In this document: piece after piece, positions 37,201-45,185 of the stretch
How the letters are laid out: every line of letters begins with the position of its first letter
Numbering within the stretch: the first letter of the stretch is position 1
Virus record (IMG/VR): IMGVR_UViG_3300036846_000555
Coordinates: 58,350 to 122,349 of that record
Direction: 5' to 3' (one strand)
DNA from: a virus
DNA length: 64,000 nucleotides
Notes under the pieces: generated by a model
What the model was told of the DNA's origin: nothing
The model's database searches: none
The model's input: only the letters and a program-made list of their open reading frames with translations
Translations under genes and position numbers: made by a program

Positions 37201-38036
37201 TCGGCAAGCAGCTCATGCTCGGCTCGCGCTGGAAGGGATCACGGCCGGTCACCGTCACGGCCAGCCTGCAGGAGGCGCTCGACGAGCTGGAGCTGAGCGA
37301 GCGCGCCGAGGAGATCCGCCTGCTGTGGGATCCGGCCAAGCACGCGCGAGGCTGGCACGGGCACTTCGCCGAGATGCTCAAGCAGCTCCCGAAACCAGGC
37401 CTGCGCGGCCGCGGCGGCGGGCGGATCGAGGTGACCGACGGCCACCGCGTCACCCGCACCCGCCACGGCTTTGAGGTCACGCATCCCAGCGGCCACACCG
37501 AGACGGTCGCGACGGCGGAGGAGGCCGCCACGATGGTCCACGACCGCTACGAGTCCGCGCGGATGGAGGCCGAGGTCAAGGCAGAGCTGGCCACCTCCGC
37601 GATCGAACGCGAGACACGCAAGCAGCGCGAGCGCGAGCAGCGCAAGGCCGAGATCGCCAGCCGCACCTTCTACCGCTTCGAACCACCCGAGATCGCCCGC
37701 AGGATCGCGGAGACCGGCGAGATCTGGGGACTGCCCGGCACGCAGGGCCGCGGCACCACGGAGGTCCGCGCTCTGCCGGGCCGCCCCGACGCGAGCCAGA
37801 TCGCGTACGAACGCAGCCACAACGGCCGGGTGGTGGTCGAGTTCCACACCAACGTCGCGCCGGACAACCCGTACGGCGAAACGCACTTCTCATGGTCGCC
37901 CGAATCGTCCGCGCAGCGTCGCAACGAGGAGTCCTCCGGCGTCGTCCACGAGCTGAAGTTCGAACCCGAGACGACCAAGTACGGGCACGTGCCGGTGGCG
38001 AAGCTGCACGTCCACCACGTCCACCCCGGTAACTAA
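34230..38036 (+). CDS. MuF-like head morphogenesis polyvalent protein (MuF + ART-like + 2 GNAT + C-terminal toxin-like domain; 3 HPR motifs)
   Basis: MuF motif W...NHTLGC...G...PPPLHTGCGC; LYRGMS..E; CFDGALPKIYQRHGF..PDVVFM; EQEHGFG..GGYAWARRGF. Confidence 0.8.
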   Translation: MAVPDQQAPPQTHPQVQRLLDAAQTGATIAAAGQVTKAATVGPGIAVAAPAVAAGKIVSAAAEPVEFGIKVALALRILRRLFRGHKMESASWLENELRRRFPDADPAVIRAAVQREMTFEQAFQRKALARTETDMHAAGQLPTPRARAKRAGEIIAREKHYNALREKALLNRAVAHVENAGVKAVSPQGAKWVLGQRKNHTLGCLALAGKNWPWEVLDMIPPPLHTGCGCSLAPLKPGDTVPPVAQALRAAQAAMALEEAVRSVADAGEINAYLDGWPVRPSVERALMQLTEADYKEALHPRGRGGRWVQILNKIKAAKMDDITDVEGHSVMRLKDEGYSVRVGAGNRVRTHDPEVVADAIVKHLDERAKLGTPVTLANMDDNFQKWFSPQKLDGGKETHPKSGYDVHVGKWLSVKQPEPDVDGPPIFKVTDYGAHAGEQMFPTDAGTQPIRELYRGMSIDEWNQAVERGYIQSDRRGVIGSWEGTNAGIDPQTSQSYLPRGAESVIAKIAVRPEDGWFARNEDGYLRTRNRVPMSQVTAVSPVLYKDPDEGLFVRSDSTSAAKLTKEANGQRTAQTRGAAGSGGRARGANLVSLASLDASTDAGYKRYTDAVRANPHSEYVTQPSQAELGAKRVWLSDDGQTGVTVSADGEVGNLFANNDQGAGGAALDHAVANGGTWLNCFDGALPKIYQRHGFTEVARLKFDPEHKPEGWDMASLDSPDVVFMGHGGEPVHPVPTFTDWDTAERAVLEHIGALQEAHWTEWLHPRGRGGVWVDAIHHEIKEPKAEKPHAEFTGEDFARAMDGFTHGGITAVRANRTSVQNLYGEVWLNLQKQGEIRPVGLARVIVKPPNHRGERVAELANIYLHEDEQEHGFGRAFTDYFLKTLRDGGVDKVNVEAVSVGGYAWARRGFQWTADKKAEQQRIVADAKTDGRWAEIARRTPPAALAEFEGKIERGEFSSEAELAAYGIDQGWRESDPATGASTGARMWLGKQLMLGSRWKGSRPVTVTASLQEALDELELSERAEEIRLLWDPAKHARGWHGHFAEMLKQLPKPGLRGRGGGRIEVTDGHRVTRTRHGFEVTHPSGHTETVATAEEAATMVHDRYESARMEAEVKAELATSAIERETRKQREREQRKAEIASRTFYRFEPPEIARRIAETGEIWGLPGTQGRGTTEVRALPGRPDASQIAYERSHNGRVVVEFHTNVAPDNPYGETHFSWSPESSAQRRNEESSGVVHELKFEPETTKYGHVPVAKLHVHHVHPGN

Positions 38037-38052
38037 CGTCGTGCGCTAGAAT
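38032..38052 (+). promoter_or_regulatory. Dyad-family promoter overlapping MuF stop
   Basis: ACTAACGTCGTGCGC-TAGAAT; ATG 9 nt downstream. Confidence 0.6.
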
Positions 38053-38060
38053 TGGGTGAA

Positions 38061-38408
38061 ATGGCCAAACCATGGACAAGCGACCCGAACGCACCGGCGG
38101 TGCCTGACGAGTTCTTCCAGATGCGCCAGGTGGCCGTCCTGCCGCTCGGACCGGACTGGTTTGAAGGCCAGGGCGTGGCGATGAAGGAGGAGGAGATCGA
38201 GGACAACTGGCCGCTGCTGTACGGCACGATCCGCACCGACGCCGGAACGTTCATCGTGGTCGGCACGCCCGGCGCCGACAGCGTCGAAGTGTGGGCGTCC
38301 CGAGACATGACGCCGCAGGAGGCCGCCGACGAGCTGGAGGCGACACTGGAGCACGGCGCCGAGTCGACCGTGTTCGACAGCGACGCCGGATACTGGGGCG
38401 GGTCCTGA
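38061..38408 (+). CDS. Acidic hypothetical protein, candidate immunity protein (probably leaderless)
   Basis: Directly after MuF C-terminal domain, own promoter, coupled to next gene. Confidence 0.6.
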   Translation: MAKPWTSDPNAPAVPDEFFQMRQVAVLPLGPDWFEGQGVAMKEEEIEDNWPLLYGTIRTDAGTFIVVGTPGADSVEVWASRDMTPQEAADELEATLEHGAESTVFDSDAGYWGGS

Positions 38409-41400
38409 TGGACTGGGCGACCGCGGCGGCGATTGTCGCCGACGGGATGCCGAGCCTGTCCGATCCGCCCGACGCGCCCGGCGACGACTACGAGTTCTGG
38501 CAGCGAGTCAAGGCGCTCGTTGACAGCAACGGCAACGGCGAGCTGAGCGAGGCGTACCTGGAGGATCTCCACCCCCGCGATCGCAGTGGTAAGTGGATGG
38601 AGAAGCTGGGGCTGTCGCATCTGCGCGAGGTCGGCGGAGCGCCCCGCGACGAGCTGATGGGCAGGACGCCGAAGGACATCGACTACGTCGCGGCCGAGAC
38701 GCCGGAGCGGATCAAGCAGGCAGTCGAGCAGGCAGGCGGAAAGGCCGAGGAGCTGATGGTCCGCGACCGGCTGGTCGGCGTCCGCGCCACGCATCCCGAC
38801 CTGCCGCCCGACGGCGTCGAGATCGTCCCGCCGCGCATCGAGCAGTCCACCGGCGCCAGCCGTCACGACTTCACCATCGTCCCGCACCCCGGCCTGGACG
38901 GCTCAGCCACACCCGAGCGGATGCTCGCCGACGACGCGCAGCGCCGCGACTTCACCGTCAACGCGCTGTACCGCGACCCCGTGACCGGCACGCTGACCGA
39001 CCCGACCGGCCGCGGTGAGCAGGACGCGCGCAACCGGGTGCTGCACATGGTCCACGACACCAGCTTCCAGGAGGATCCGCTGCGGATGCTGCGCGGCGCA
39101 CGGTTCGTCTCCCAGCACGGGCTGGAGCCCGACGCCGAGACGCTGGCGGCGATGCGCCGCGACTCCGGCGGTATGACCGCGCTGACCAACAAGGGCGTCT
39201 CCGGCACCGTCCAGACCGAGCTGGGCAAGCTGCTGATGGGCGACAGCCCGGGCAAGGCGCTGCGCGTCATGCGCGACACCGGAATGTTCCAGACGCTGCT
39301 GCCCGAGCTGGCGCCGATGGTCGGATTTGATCAACGTTCGCCCTACCACGAGCACGTGCTTGACGAGCACACGTTCAACGTCATCGACGAGCTGGCGCGG
39401 ATGGGCGCCAGCCACGACGCGCGGCTGGCGGCGCTGTTCCACGACTCGGGCAAGCCGCTGACCGCCAACCTCAAGCCGGGCACCGACACGTTCCGCTTCC
39501 ACTCCCACCCCGAGCACGGCGATCACGCCGACGTCGGCGCCGACATCGCGCGCAGCACCCTGAACCGCCTGAACTACCCGGCCGACACGATCAACCACGT
39601 CACCGGGCTCGTCCGCGATCACATGCTCACCGCCGTCGAGAAGCCGACGCCGGTCAAGGCGCGACGTCTGCGCGCCGCGCACTCCGACCGGTTCCTGACC
39701 GACCTGCTGGACCACAAGCAGGCCGACATGGAGGGCCATGGCGAAGCGATCGCCAAGAGCCTGGAGGGCGTCCACAAGCTACGCGGCCTGCTGGCCGAGA
39801 ACGCCACGGCGCCGCGGTCGCTCAAGGATCTGAACGTGACCGGCAGCGACCTGATCGCCAACGGCATGGAGCCCGGCCCGCGAATGGGCGCCGTGCTGCG
39901 CCAGCTCCTCACCGAGGTGGTGGTCGACCCGACCCTGAACCGCCACGAATGGCTGCTGCACCGCGCCGAACGCCTGGCGGCCACGCCGGTGCAGGAGGCC
40001 GAGCTGGAGGAGGCCAAGAGCATCTACGAGGAGGTGCTCCACCCCCGCGACAGGCTGGGCCGCTGGATGCTCAAGCGCGGCTACAACGTCCATTTCGAGC
40101 AGGCCGACAAGCCGTCGGCGACCCGCAAGAGCAAGACGATCACCGTCCGCGGGCCGACGCCCGAGCACCAGTACGACGCGCTGCTGAACGCCGGGGAGGG
40201 GCTCACCGGCGTCTTCCCGAAGGGCCCGCCGCGGCCGATCGAACGCGCCGCGATGGTCAACGCGGCCCGGCCGACACGCGTCGAGCAGCGGCTGCGGACC
40301 ATCGACAAGATCGCCACCCGCGCGCACGCGGGCCAGACCGACAAGTCCCAGCGCCCGTACATCGACCACGTCCACGCGGTCGCCGACTCGGTCGGGCCCG
40401 AGGCGCGTCCCGTTGCGCTGATGCACGACGCGCTGGAGGACACGCACCTCACCGAGCGCGACCTGGAGCCGGTCCTCAGCCCCGACGAGCTGGACGCGGT
40501 CAAGCTGCTGACCCGCCCGCACAGCCCCGACTACAACTACGACGACTACATCGACCGGATCGCCAACAAGACCGGCAAGGCCGGGGAGCTGGCGCGCGAG
40601 GTCAAGCGCGCCGACCTGCAGCACAACCTGGGGCGGCTCGGCAACCTGGACGCCAAGACGCAGGCGCGGCTGCGCCCCAAGTACGAGGACGCGCTCCGGC
40701 GCCTGGCGCGCACGCCGCACGTGTTCGAACAGGAGGGCGCGCCGGATAACCTCTCCGGGCTCAGCGCCGAGCAGGTCGAAGCCAACCTCCGCAGCTTCTA
40801 CCAGGGCAGCCTCAAGTCACCCGACCACCACACCGACCTGGCGTGGTACGACATCCAGCACGCCCTGATCGACAAGACGGCCAAGGAGCACGGCATCGAC
40901 CCGGTCACGTGGGCGGCGATGATCTCGGCGACGTCGCCGCAGCTCGCGTGGGACTTCACCACCAAGGCCGGGGTGTTCAAACGGCCGAACATGGACCTGG
41001 CCGAGAACGCGCTGCGGCTCGCGCGCCGCTACCCCGACGAGCCCGCGCCCAAGCTGGTCGACCGGCTGCTGAAGGCGTCGGAGGGCAAGAAGGGCCCGAG
41101 CGAGGTGGGCGGTCTCGGCGGGTCGGTCGAGAACGCGATCAGGATCTACCGCGGCGAGGATCCCGACAAGGTGCTCAACGCGCCGAAGACCCGCAGCTTC
41201 TACAACAACCTCGTCTGGCCCGAGCGCAGCACCACGGTCACCGTCGACGCGCACATGGCGCGCGCCGCGATGGGGATCGTCGAGAAGAAGGGCTACGCGC
41301 GCGCCGACAAGGCCATCGACGTCAAGGCCAAGGGCAGCGGCTACACGTGGGTGGCGGACATCGTCACCAAGCTCGCTGACGAGTACCACGTCCGGCCGCA

Positions 41401-41497
41401 CGAGATGCAGGCGGCCATCTGGATGGAGCGCAAACGCCAGTCCGACGCGCGCGAGGCTGCCGAGAAGGCCGCCAAGAAGGCAGCTAAAAGCGCATGA
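38408..41497 (+). CDS. Polyvalent protein: class II CCA-adding/poly(A)-type nucleotidyltransferase + HD, RelA/SpoT-type small alarmone hydrolase HD, C-terminal DUF7178-like domain; 2 HPR motifs
   Basis: VGGAPRD..G..PKDID, RRDFTVNA, EDPLRMLR, ALFHDSGKP; AHAGQTDK..PYIDH...MHDALED...VKRADLQHN; WY...SATSPQ...KTRSFYNN...VTVDAH. Confidence 0.88.
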   Translation: MDWATAAAIVADGMPSLSDPPDAPGDDYEFWQRVKALVDSNGNGELSEAYLEDLHPRDRSGKWMEKLGLSHLREVGGAPRDELMGRTPKDIDYVAAETPERIKQAVEQAGGKAEELMVRDRLVGVRATHPDLPPDGVEIVPPRIEQSTGASRHDFTIVPHPGLDGSATPERMLADDAQRRDFTVNALYRDPVTGTLTDPTGRGEQDARNRVLHMVHDTSFQEDPLRMLRGARFVSQHGLEPDAETLAAMRRDSGGMTALTNKGVSGTVQTELGKLLMGDSPGKALRVMRDTGMFQTLLPELAPMVGFDQRSPYHEHVLDEHTFNVIDELARMGASHDARLAALFHDSGKPLTANLKPGTDTFRFHSHPEHGDHADVGADIARSTLNRLNYPADTINHVTGLVRDHMLTAVEKPTPVKARRLRAAHSDRFLTDLLDHKQADMEGHGEAIAKSLEGVHKLRGLLAENATAPRSLKDLNVTGSDLIANGMEPGPRMGAVLRQLLTEVVVDPTLNRHEWLLHRAERLAATPVQEAELEEAKSIYEEVLHPRDRLGRWMLKRGYNVHFEQADKPSATRKSKTITVRGPTPEHQYDALLNAGEGLTGVFPKGPPRPIERAAMVNAARPTRVEQRLRTIDKIATRAHAGQTDKSQRPYIDHVHAVADSVGPEARPVALMHDALEDTHLTERDLEPVLSPDELDAVKLLTRPHSPDYNYDDYIDRIANKTGKAGELAREVKRADLQHNLGRLGNLDAKTQARLRPKYEDALRRLARTPHVFEQEGAPDNLSGLSAEQVEANLRSFYQGSLKSPDHHTDLAWYDIQHALIDKTAKEHGIDPVTWAAMISATSPQLAWDFTTKAGVFKRPNMDLAENALRLARRYPDEPAPKLVDRLLKASEGKKGPSEVGGLGGSVENAIRIYRGEDPDKVLNAPKTRSFYNNLVWPERSTTVTVDAHMARAAMGIVEKKGYARADKAIDVKAKGSGYTWVADIVTKLADEYHVRPHEMQAAIWMERKRQSDAREAAEKAAKKAAKSA

Positions 41498-41510
41498 TGT
41501 GTGCTACGAT
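41487..41510 (+). promoter_or_regulatory. Dyad promoter overlapping the stop of the CCA polyprotein
   Basis: AAAGCGCATGATGTGTGC-TACGAT. Confidence 0.7.
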
Positions 41511-41524
41511 ATGTGTGGAATGAC

Positions 41525-43651
41525 ATGATCGACCCGACACGACAGCCCCTCACCGTCGACGACGGCCCCCTTGACCTGGAGCCGCCGGACGACGAGCTGC
41601 AGGAGTGGGTGTCCGGCGGAGGTCTCGACGACGTCGTTGACGGTCTGATCGCCGCCAAGGACGTGCAAGAGGCCAGCTACGCCGAAGAGCTTCACCCCCG
41701 TGGCAGGGGTGGAAAGTGGATTCGCAAGCTCGGCGGGCCAGCGCGCGAGATGAGCGGAGACGAGTGGGCCGACTTCAAGGACAGGGCGCGCGCCGACCCG
41801 TTCTCTCACGTTCACCCCGGCGACGACGCCGACCCGATCGTCAACGCGCTGCACCAGATCGACAGCGGCTGGACGATGAAGATGTCCAAGAACCGCGACG
41901 AGCTGCCGACCGGCAGCCTGCCGTTCGGCGTCGAGGGCGTCACCCGCTTCGACAAGCAGGTCGGTCCCGGCGAGACGCCCGACTCGCTGGTGCTCCACAT
42001 GCGCCAGAAGGAAGGCGGCGGGCTGGAGGTCATCAACGCGGGCCACGGGTCGATGGTCTGGGACCACATGATCGCCACGCCCGAGATGCGCGCTGACGAG
42101 GAGCGAGTGTGGAAAGAGGGCCAGGCCCAGATCGCGGCCCAGCAGGCCGAGCGCGAACGCGAACGCGACGAGCAGGGACGCAAACAGGCTCAGACCATCG
42201 CCGCGATCGGACCGGCGGTCACCAGCGGCAACACCGAGGCGCTGCGCGCCGCACTGGGAGGCCACAGCATGAGCGGGGCTGTCGGGCTCCTGGCCGCCGC
42301 CGGACTTCAGCATCGCGAGCGTCTCACCGACGCGAACGAGAAGAGCCAGATCGACATCCTTCGCGGCGAGCATGGTGAGACCGTGAAGATCGTGGGTCGG
42401 GCGCCGGAGAAGGACTGGTTCAAGGAGATGGAGGACACGGTCGACCAGGCGCTGGACCCCAACGGGCAGATCGACGACCGCCTCGTCACGCAGGCAGCGA
42501 CCGCGCTCCGTCCCGAGGGCGACCGGCGCCCCGACGATCCGGAGGGAGCGGCAGCGTGGCGCGCCCGGCGCGACGCGCTCGTCCAGCGGCTGGCATCCCA
42601 GCACTACACCTGGGTCGGCCGGGCCGAATCGCCCCAGGCCTACCCTGACGTCGGCCTGTGGGCCACCCTGCAAGGCGAGGACGGCAACCAGTACTGGGTG
42701 GACTGGGGCGGCAACCTGCAATCGGCCACCAAGCATGCGCAGGGCGACTCCGAGGCCGTCGGGGACCGAGCCGTGATCCGCGGGCGACGCGACGACCGGC
42801 GGCTGACAGAGGAGCAGAGGCGCGGAGGCGTCACCGATGTGCGGATCACGCCCAACCCGCAGGGCGGCAACCGCACCCGGCTACCGGACGGCCAGGCCCC
42901 GAAGACCGTCGGTGAGCTGCTGATCGACACGCTCGGCCGCGCCGACGAGCTGGGACGGAAGTACGACACGGGCGTCAGCGTGCAGGCCGTCGTCCACGAC
43001 GTCGTTCCCGACGGTTCCGCAGCCGTCCACGAATGGAACGGCACGATCTCGATCGACGAGCGCTACCTCGATGACATCAAGAAGTACCTGGACACCCGCG
43101 CGCTCGTGGCCAAGCACGCCGAGCACGGCATATCGCCGATCAGCGACCGGGAGCACCTGGACTTCTACAACGCCCTGGAGATCCTGCAGCACGAGATCAA
43201 CCACGGCGTCGGCGTCAACGGCGGCATCGACACCAAGAACTACCAGGGGCTCGGCAAGAACGTCGAAGAGGGGCTCACCGAGGAGACCGCGCGCCTGGAC
43301 GTCGCCGACTGGCTGCGCTCCTACGGCATGACCGACGTGCTCGCCGCGGTCAAACGCAACCCGGACGATTGGCGCGTTCAGGGCACCTACTTCGACTACC
43401 GCACGCAGCTCAAGAAGCTCATGGACGACGCGGGCCTGAACGACGAGCAGCGGCGAGCGAAGCTCCGCCAGATGAAGTTCCAGATGACCCCGAACCAGCA
43501 GTACGCGGAGATCATCCGGCTGGCGCAGGTCAAGCGGCCGAACGTCACCGACCTCGGTGCTGCGCTGCCGTCGCCCGGCCTGCCCGCCCGGCTGGAGTTC
43601 CAGCCGGTGGTCAACCCCGACCTGTCCGACATCCGCGAGGAGGTGAGGTAA
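41525..43651 (+). CDS. Polyvalent protein with HPR motif and C-terminal zincin metallopeptidase
   Basis: VQEASYAEELHPRGRGGKW; ILQHEINHG...VEEGLTE; start could be 41513-41525. Confidence 0.75.
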   Translation: MIDPTRQPLTVDDGPLDLEPPDDELQEWVSGGGLDDVVDGLIAAKDVQEASYAEELHPRGRGGKWIRKLGGPAREMSGDEWADFKDRARADPFSHVHPGDDADPIVNALHQIDSGWTMKMSKNRDELPTGSLPFGVEGVTRFDKQVGPGETPDSLVLHMRQKEGGGLEVINAGHGSMVWDHMIATPEMRADEERVWKEGQAQIAAQQAERERERDEQGRKQAQTIAAIGPAVTSGNTEALRAALGGHSMSGAVGLLAAAGLQHRERLTDANEKSQIDILRGEHGETVKIVGRAPEKDWFKEMEDTVDQALDPNGQIDDRLVTQAATALRPEGDRRPDDPEGAAAWRARRDALVQRLASQHYTWVGRAESPQAYPDVGLWATLQGEDGNQYWVDWGGNLQSATKHAQGDSEAVGDRAVIRGRRDDRRLTEEQRRGGVTDVRITPNPQGGNRTRLPDGQAPKTVGELLIDTLGRADELGRKYDTGVSVQAVVHDVVPDGSAAVHEWNGTISIDERYLDDIKKYLDTRALVAKHAEHGISPISDREHLDFYNALEILQHEINHGVGVNGGIDTKNYQGLGKNVEEGLTEETARLDVADWLRSYGMTDVLAAVKRNPDDWRVQGTYFDYRTQLKKLMDDAGLNDEQRRAKLRQMKFQMTPNQQYAEIIRLAQVKRPNVTDLGAALPSPGLPARLEFQPVVNPDLSDIREEVR

Positions 43652-43833
43652 TGGACGCGAACGCATACGCCGACAAGATCGAACGCAGCTACGACGACCC
43701 GGGCGAGCTGAAAGCCATCCGGGCGCAGATCGAAGCCGACCCCGAGCTGGCCGCGGACGACAAGTGGCGGCTGAGCACCCGAGTCGGAACCCACCTGCTC
43801 GGCGCCCAGCCCAACCCGCCAGGCACGCCCTGA
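43651..43833 (+). CDS. Small hypothetical protein (60 aa)
   Basis: SD GAGGAGGTGA; TAATG coupling. Confidence 0.65.
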   Translation: MDANAYADKIERSYDDPGELKAIRAQIEADPELAADDKWRLSTRVGTHLLGAQPNPPGTP

Positions 43834-43925
43834 GCGCCCCACACGGGCCGCTGGAGGCCCTCCGAGCCGCTGCCTGAACCCCCGGGTCAAGTCGGAATCC
43901 CATCCCGTCAGCGGCCGCGCGTACA

Positions 43926-44558
43926 GTGCCAGACGTGAGCTTGAACGGGCGCCTGACCGCCAGCGAGCTGTCGCCGATCGCGGGCGGCGTGCTCGCCCAC
44001 GACGCCGCCGCCGCGTGGAACGCCATGAACGTCGAATGCCGACGCAACGGCGTCGAGCTGCGCCCCAACGGATCGAAGTCCAGCTACCGCACCTACGCCC
44101 AGCAGCAGGAGCTGTGGAACCTGTACGTGTCCGGACGCGGCAGCCTCGCCGCGCACCCCGGCACGTCGAACCACGGCTGGGGTCTGGCCGTCGACCTCGC
44201 CACGCACGAGATGCGCGCAATGCTCGACCGCGTCGGCGACAAGTACGGCTGGAGCAAGCGCACGTCAGACGCCCAGTCGGAGTGGTGGCACATCGCCTGG
44301 CGCACCGGCTCATGGCGCGGACCCGACCCCGGACCGTATGGTCCCAGCACACCACCCCCCACACCCCTACCAGAAGGAGCCGCGATGGCGGATCTCGTCG
44401 CCGTCCTCAAAGACAACAAGGCCATCGAACTGTTCGTGATGGACAAGAACGGCACCGTCTGGCACGCCTGGCAGACCGCCCCAAACGGCGGCTGGGCGGG
44501 CGCCCAAGCGGGCAAACGCAACGCCGCCTGGTACTCGCTGGGCGCGCCGGGCAAATGA
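43926..44558 (+). CDS. Endolysin 1: M15 (VanY-like) Zn peptidase + C-terminal lectin-blade module
   Basis: SYRTYAQQ...AAHPGTSNHGWGLAVD...EWWHI; Pro linker; 57-aa module. Confidence 0.88.
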   Translation: MPDVSLNGRLTASELSPIAGGVLAHDAAAAWNAMNVECRRNGVELRPNGSKSSYRTYAQQQELWNLYVSGRGSLAAHPGTSNHGWGLAVDLATHEMRAMLDRVGDKYGWSKRTSDAQSEWWHIAWRTGSWRGPDPGPYGPSTPPPTPLPEGAAMADLVAVLKDNKAIELFVMDKNGTVWHAWQTAPNGGWAGAQAGKRNAAWYSLGAPGK

Positions 44559-44932
44559 ACCTCGGCCAGATCGCCAGCGACAAGCCGGTCGTGACGATCC
44601 TGACGCTCGTCGCCGCGACCGTCGCGATCGTCGTCGGCGGGATCGTCACCATCACCAATCCGCAGTCGCTCAGCTTCCACCAGTACGTGCAGGACATCGC
44701 GTTCATGGCCGGAGCGCTCGGGCTCGGCTCCGGGATCGGCCGCGGCATCGACAGCTACGGCGGCCGCGTCACCGCCACGCAGCGGACCATGATGGATCAG
44801 CAGATCGCCGCCATGCAGGGCACACAGCAGCCGCCGCCGCCGCCCGGGCCGCCGCCCGCCGCCGATCTGGCGTCCGGACCACCCGGCATGCCGCCGCCAC
44901 CACCCGAGCCGCCGCCCGCCCGTCACGCCTGA
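44555..44932 (+). CDS. Putative holin (2 TM, Pro-rich tail)
   Basis: ATGA coupling to endolysin; two hydrophobic helices. Confidence 0.7.
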   Translation: MNLGQIASDKPVVTILTLVAATVAIVVGGIVTITNPQSLSFHQYVQDIAFMAGALGLGSGIGRGIDSYGGRVTATQRTMMDQQIAAMQGTQQPPPPPGPPPAADLASGPPGMPPPPPEPPPARHA

Positions 44933-44948
44933 CCACTAAGGAGAGCCG

Positions 44949-45185
44949 ATGGCCATCACCGTCACCACCAGCGCCACCAAGATCTACGCCGCGTCCACCG
45001 CCGAACACTTCGTGACCGTCCGCAACAACGGCGCCGCCGTCATCTCGATGGGCAAGTCTTCAGCCGTCACCGTTGCGTCCGGCATGAGTCTCGCATCCGG
45101 CGCCAGCGAGAGCGTCGATCTCGCGCCCGGCGAAGAGCTGTACGCCATCGTCCCGTCCGGCACCGCCACCGTCGACGTCCTCTGA
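44949..45185 (+). CDS. Small beta-rich protein, possibly virion decoration
   Basis: SD AAGGAG; Thr/Val/Ser-rich. Confidence 0.6.
   Translation: MAITVTTSATKIYAASTAEHFVTVRNNGAAVISMGKSSAVTVASGMSLASGASESVDLAPGEELYAIVPSGTATVDVL

Noticed and set aside
41504-42736. Long minus-strand ORFs (also 8845-10185, 55186-56469, 58776-59714 and many others)
   Set aside because: Shadow ORFs expected in ~70% GC DNA opposite well-supported genes; Arg/Ala/Gly-rich, no motifs.
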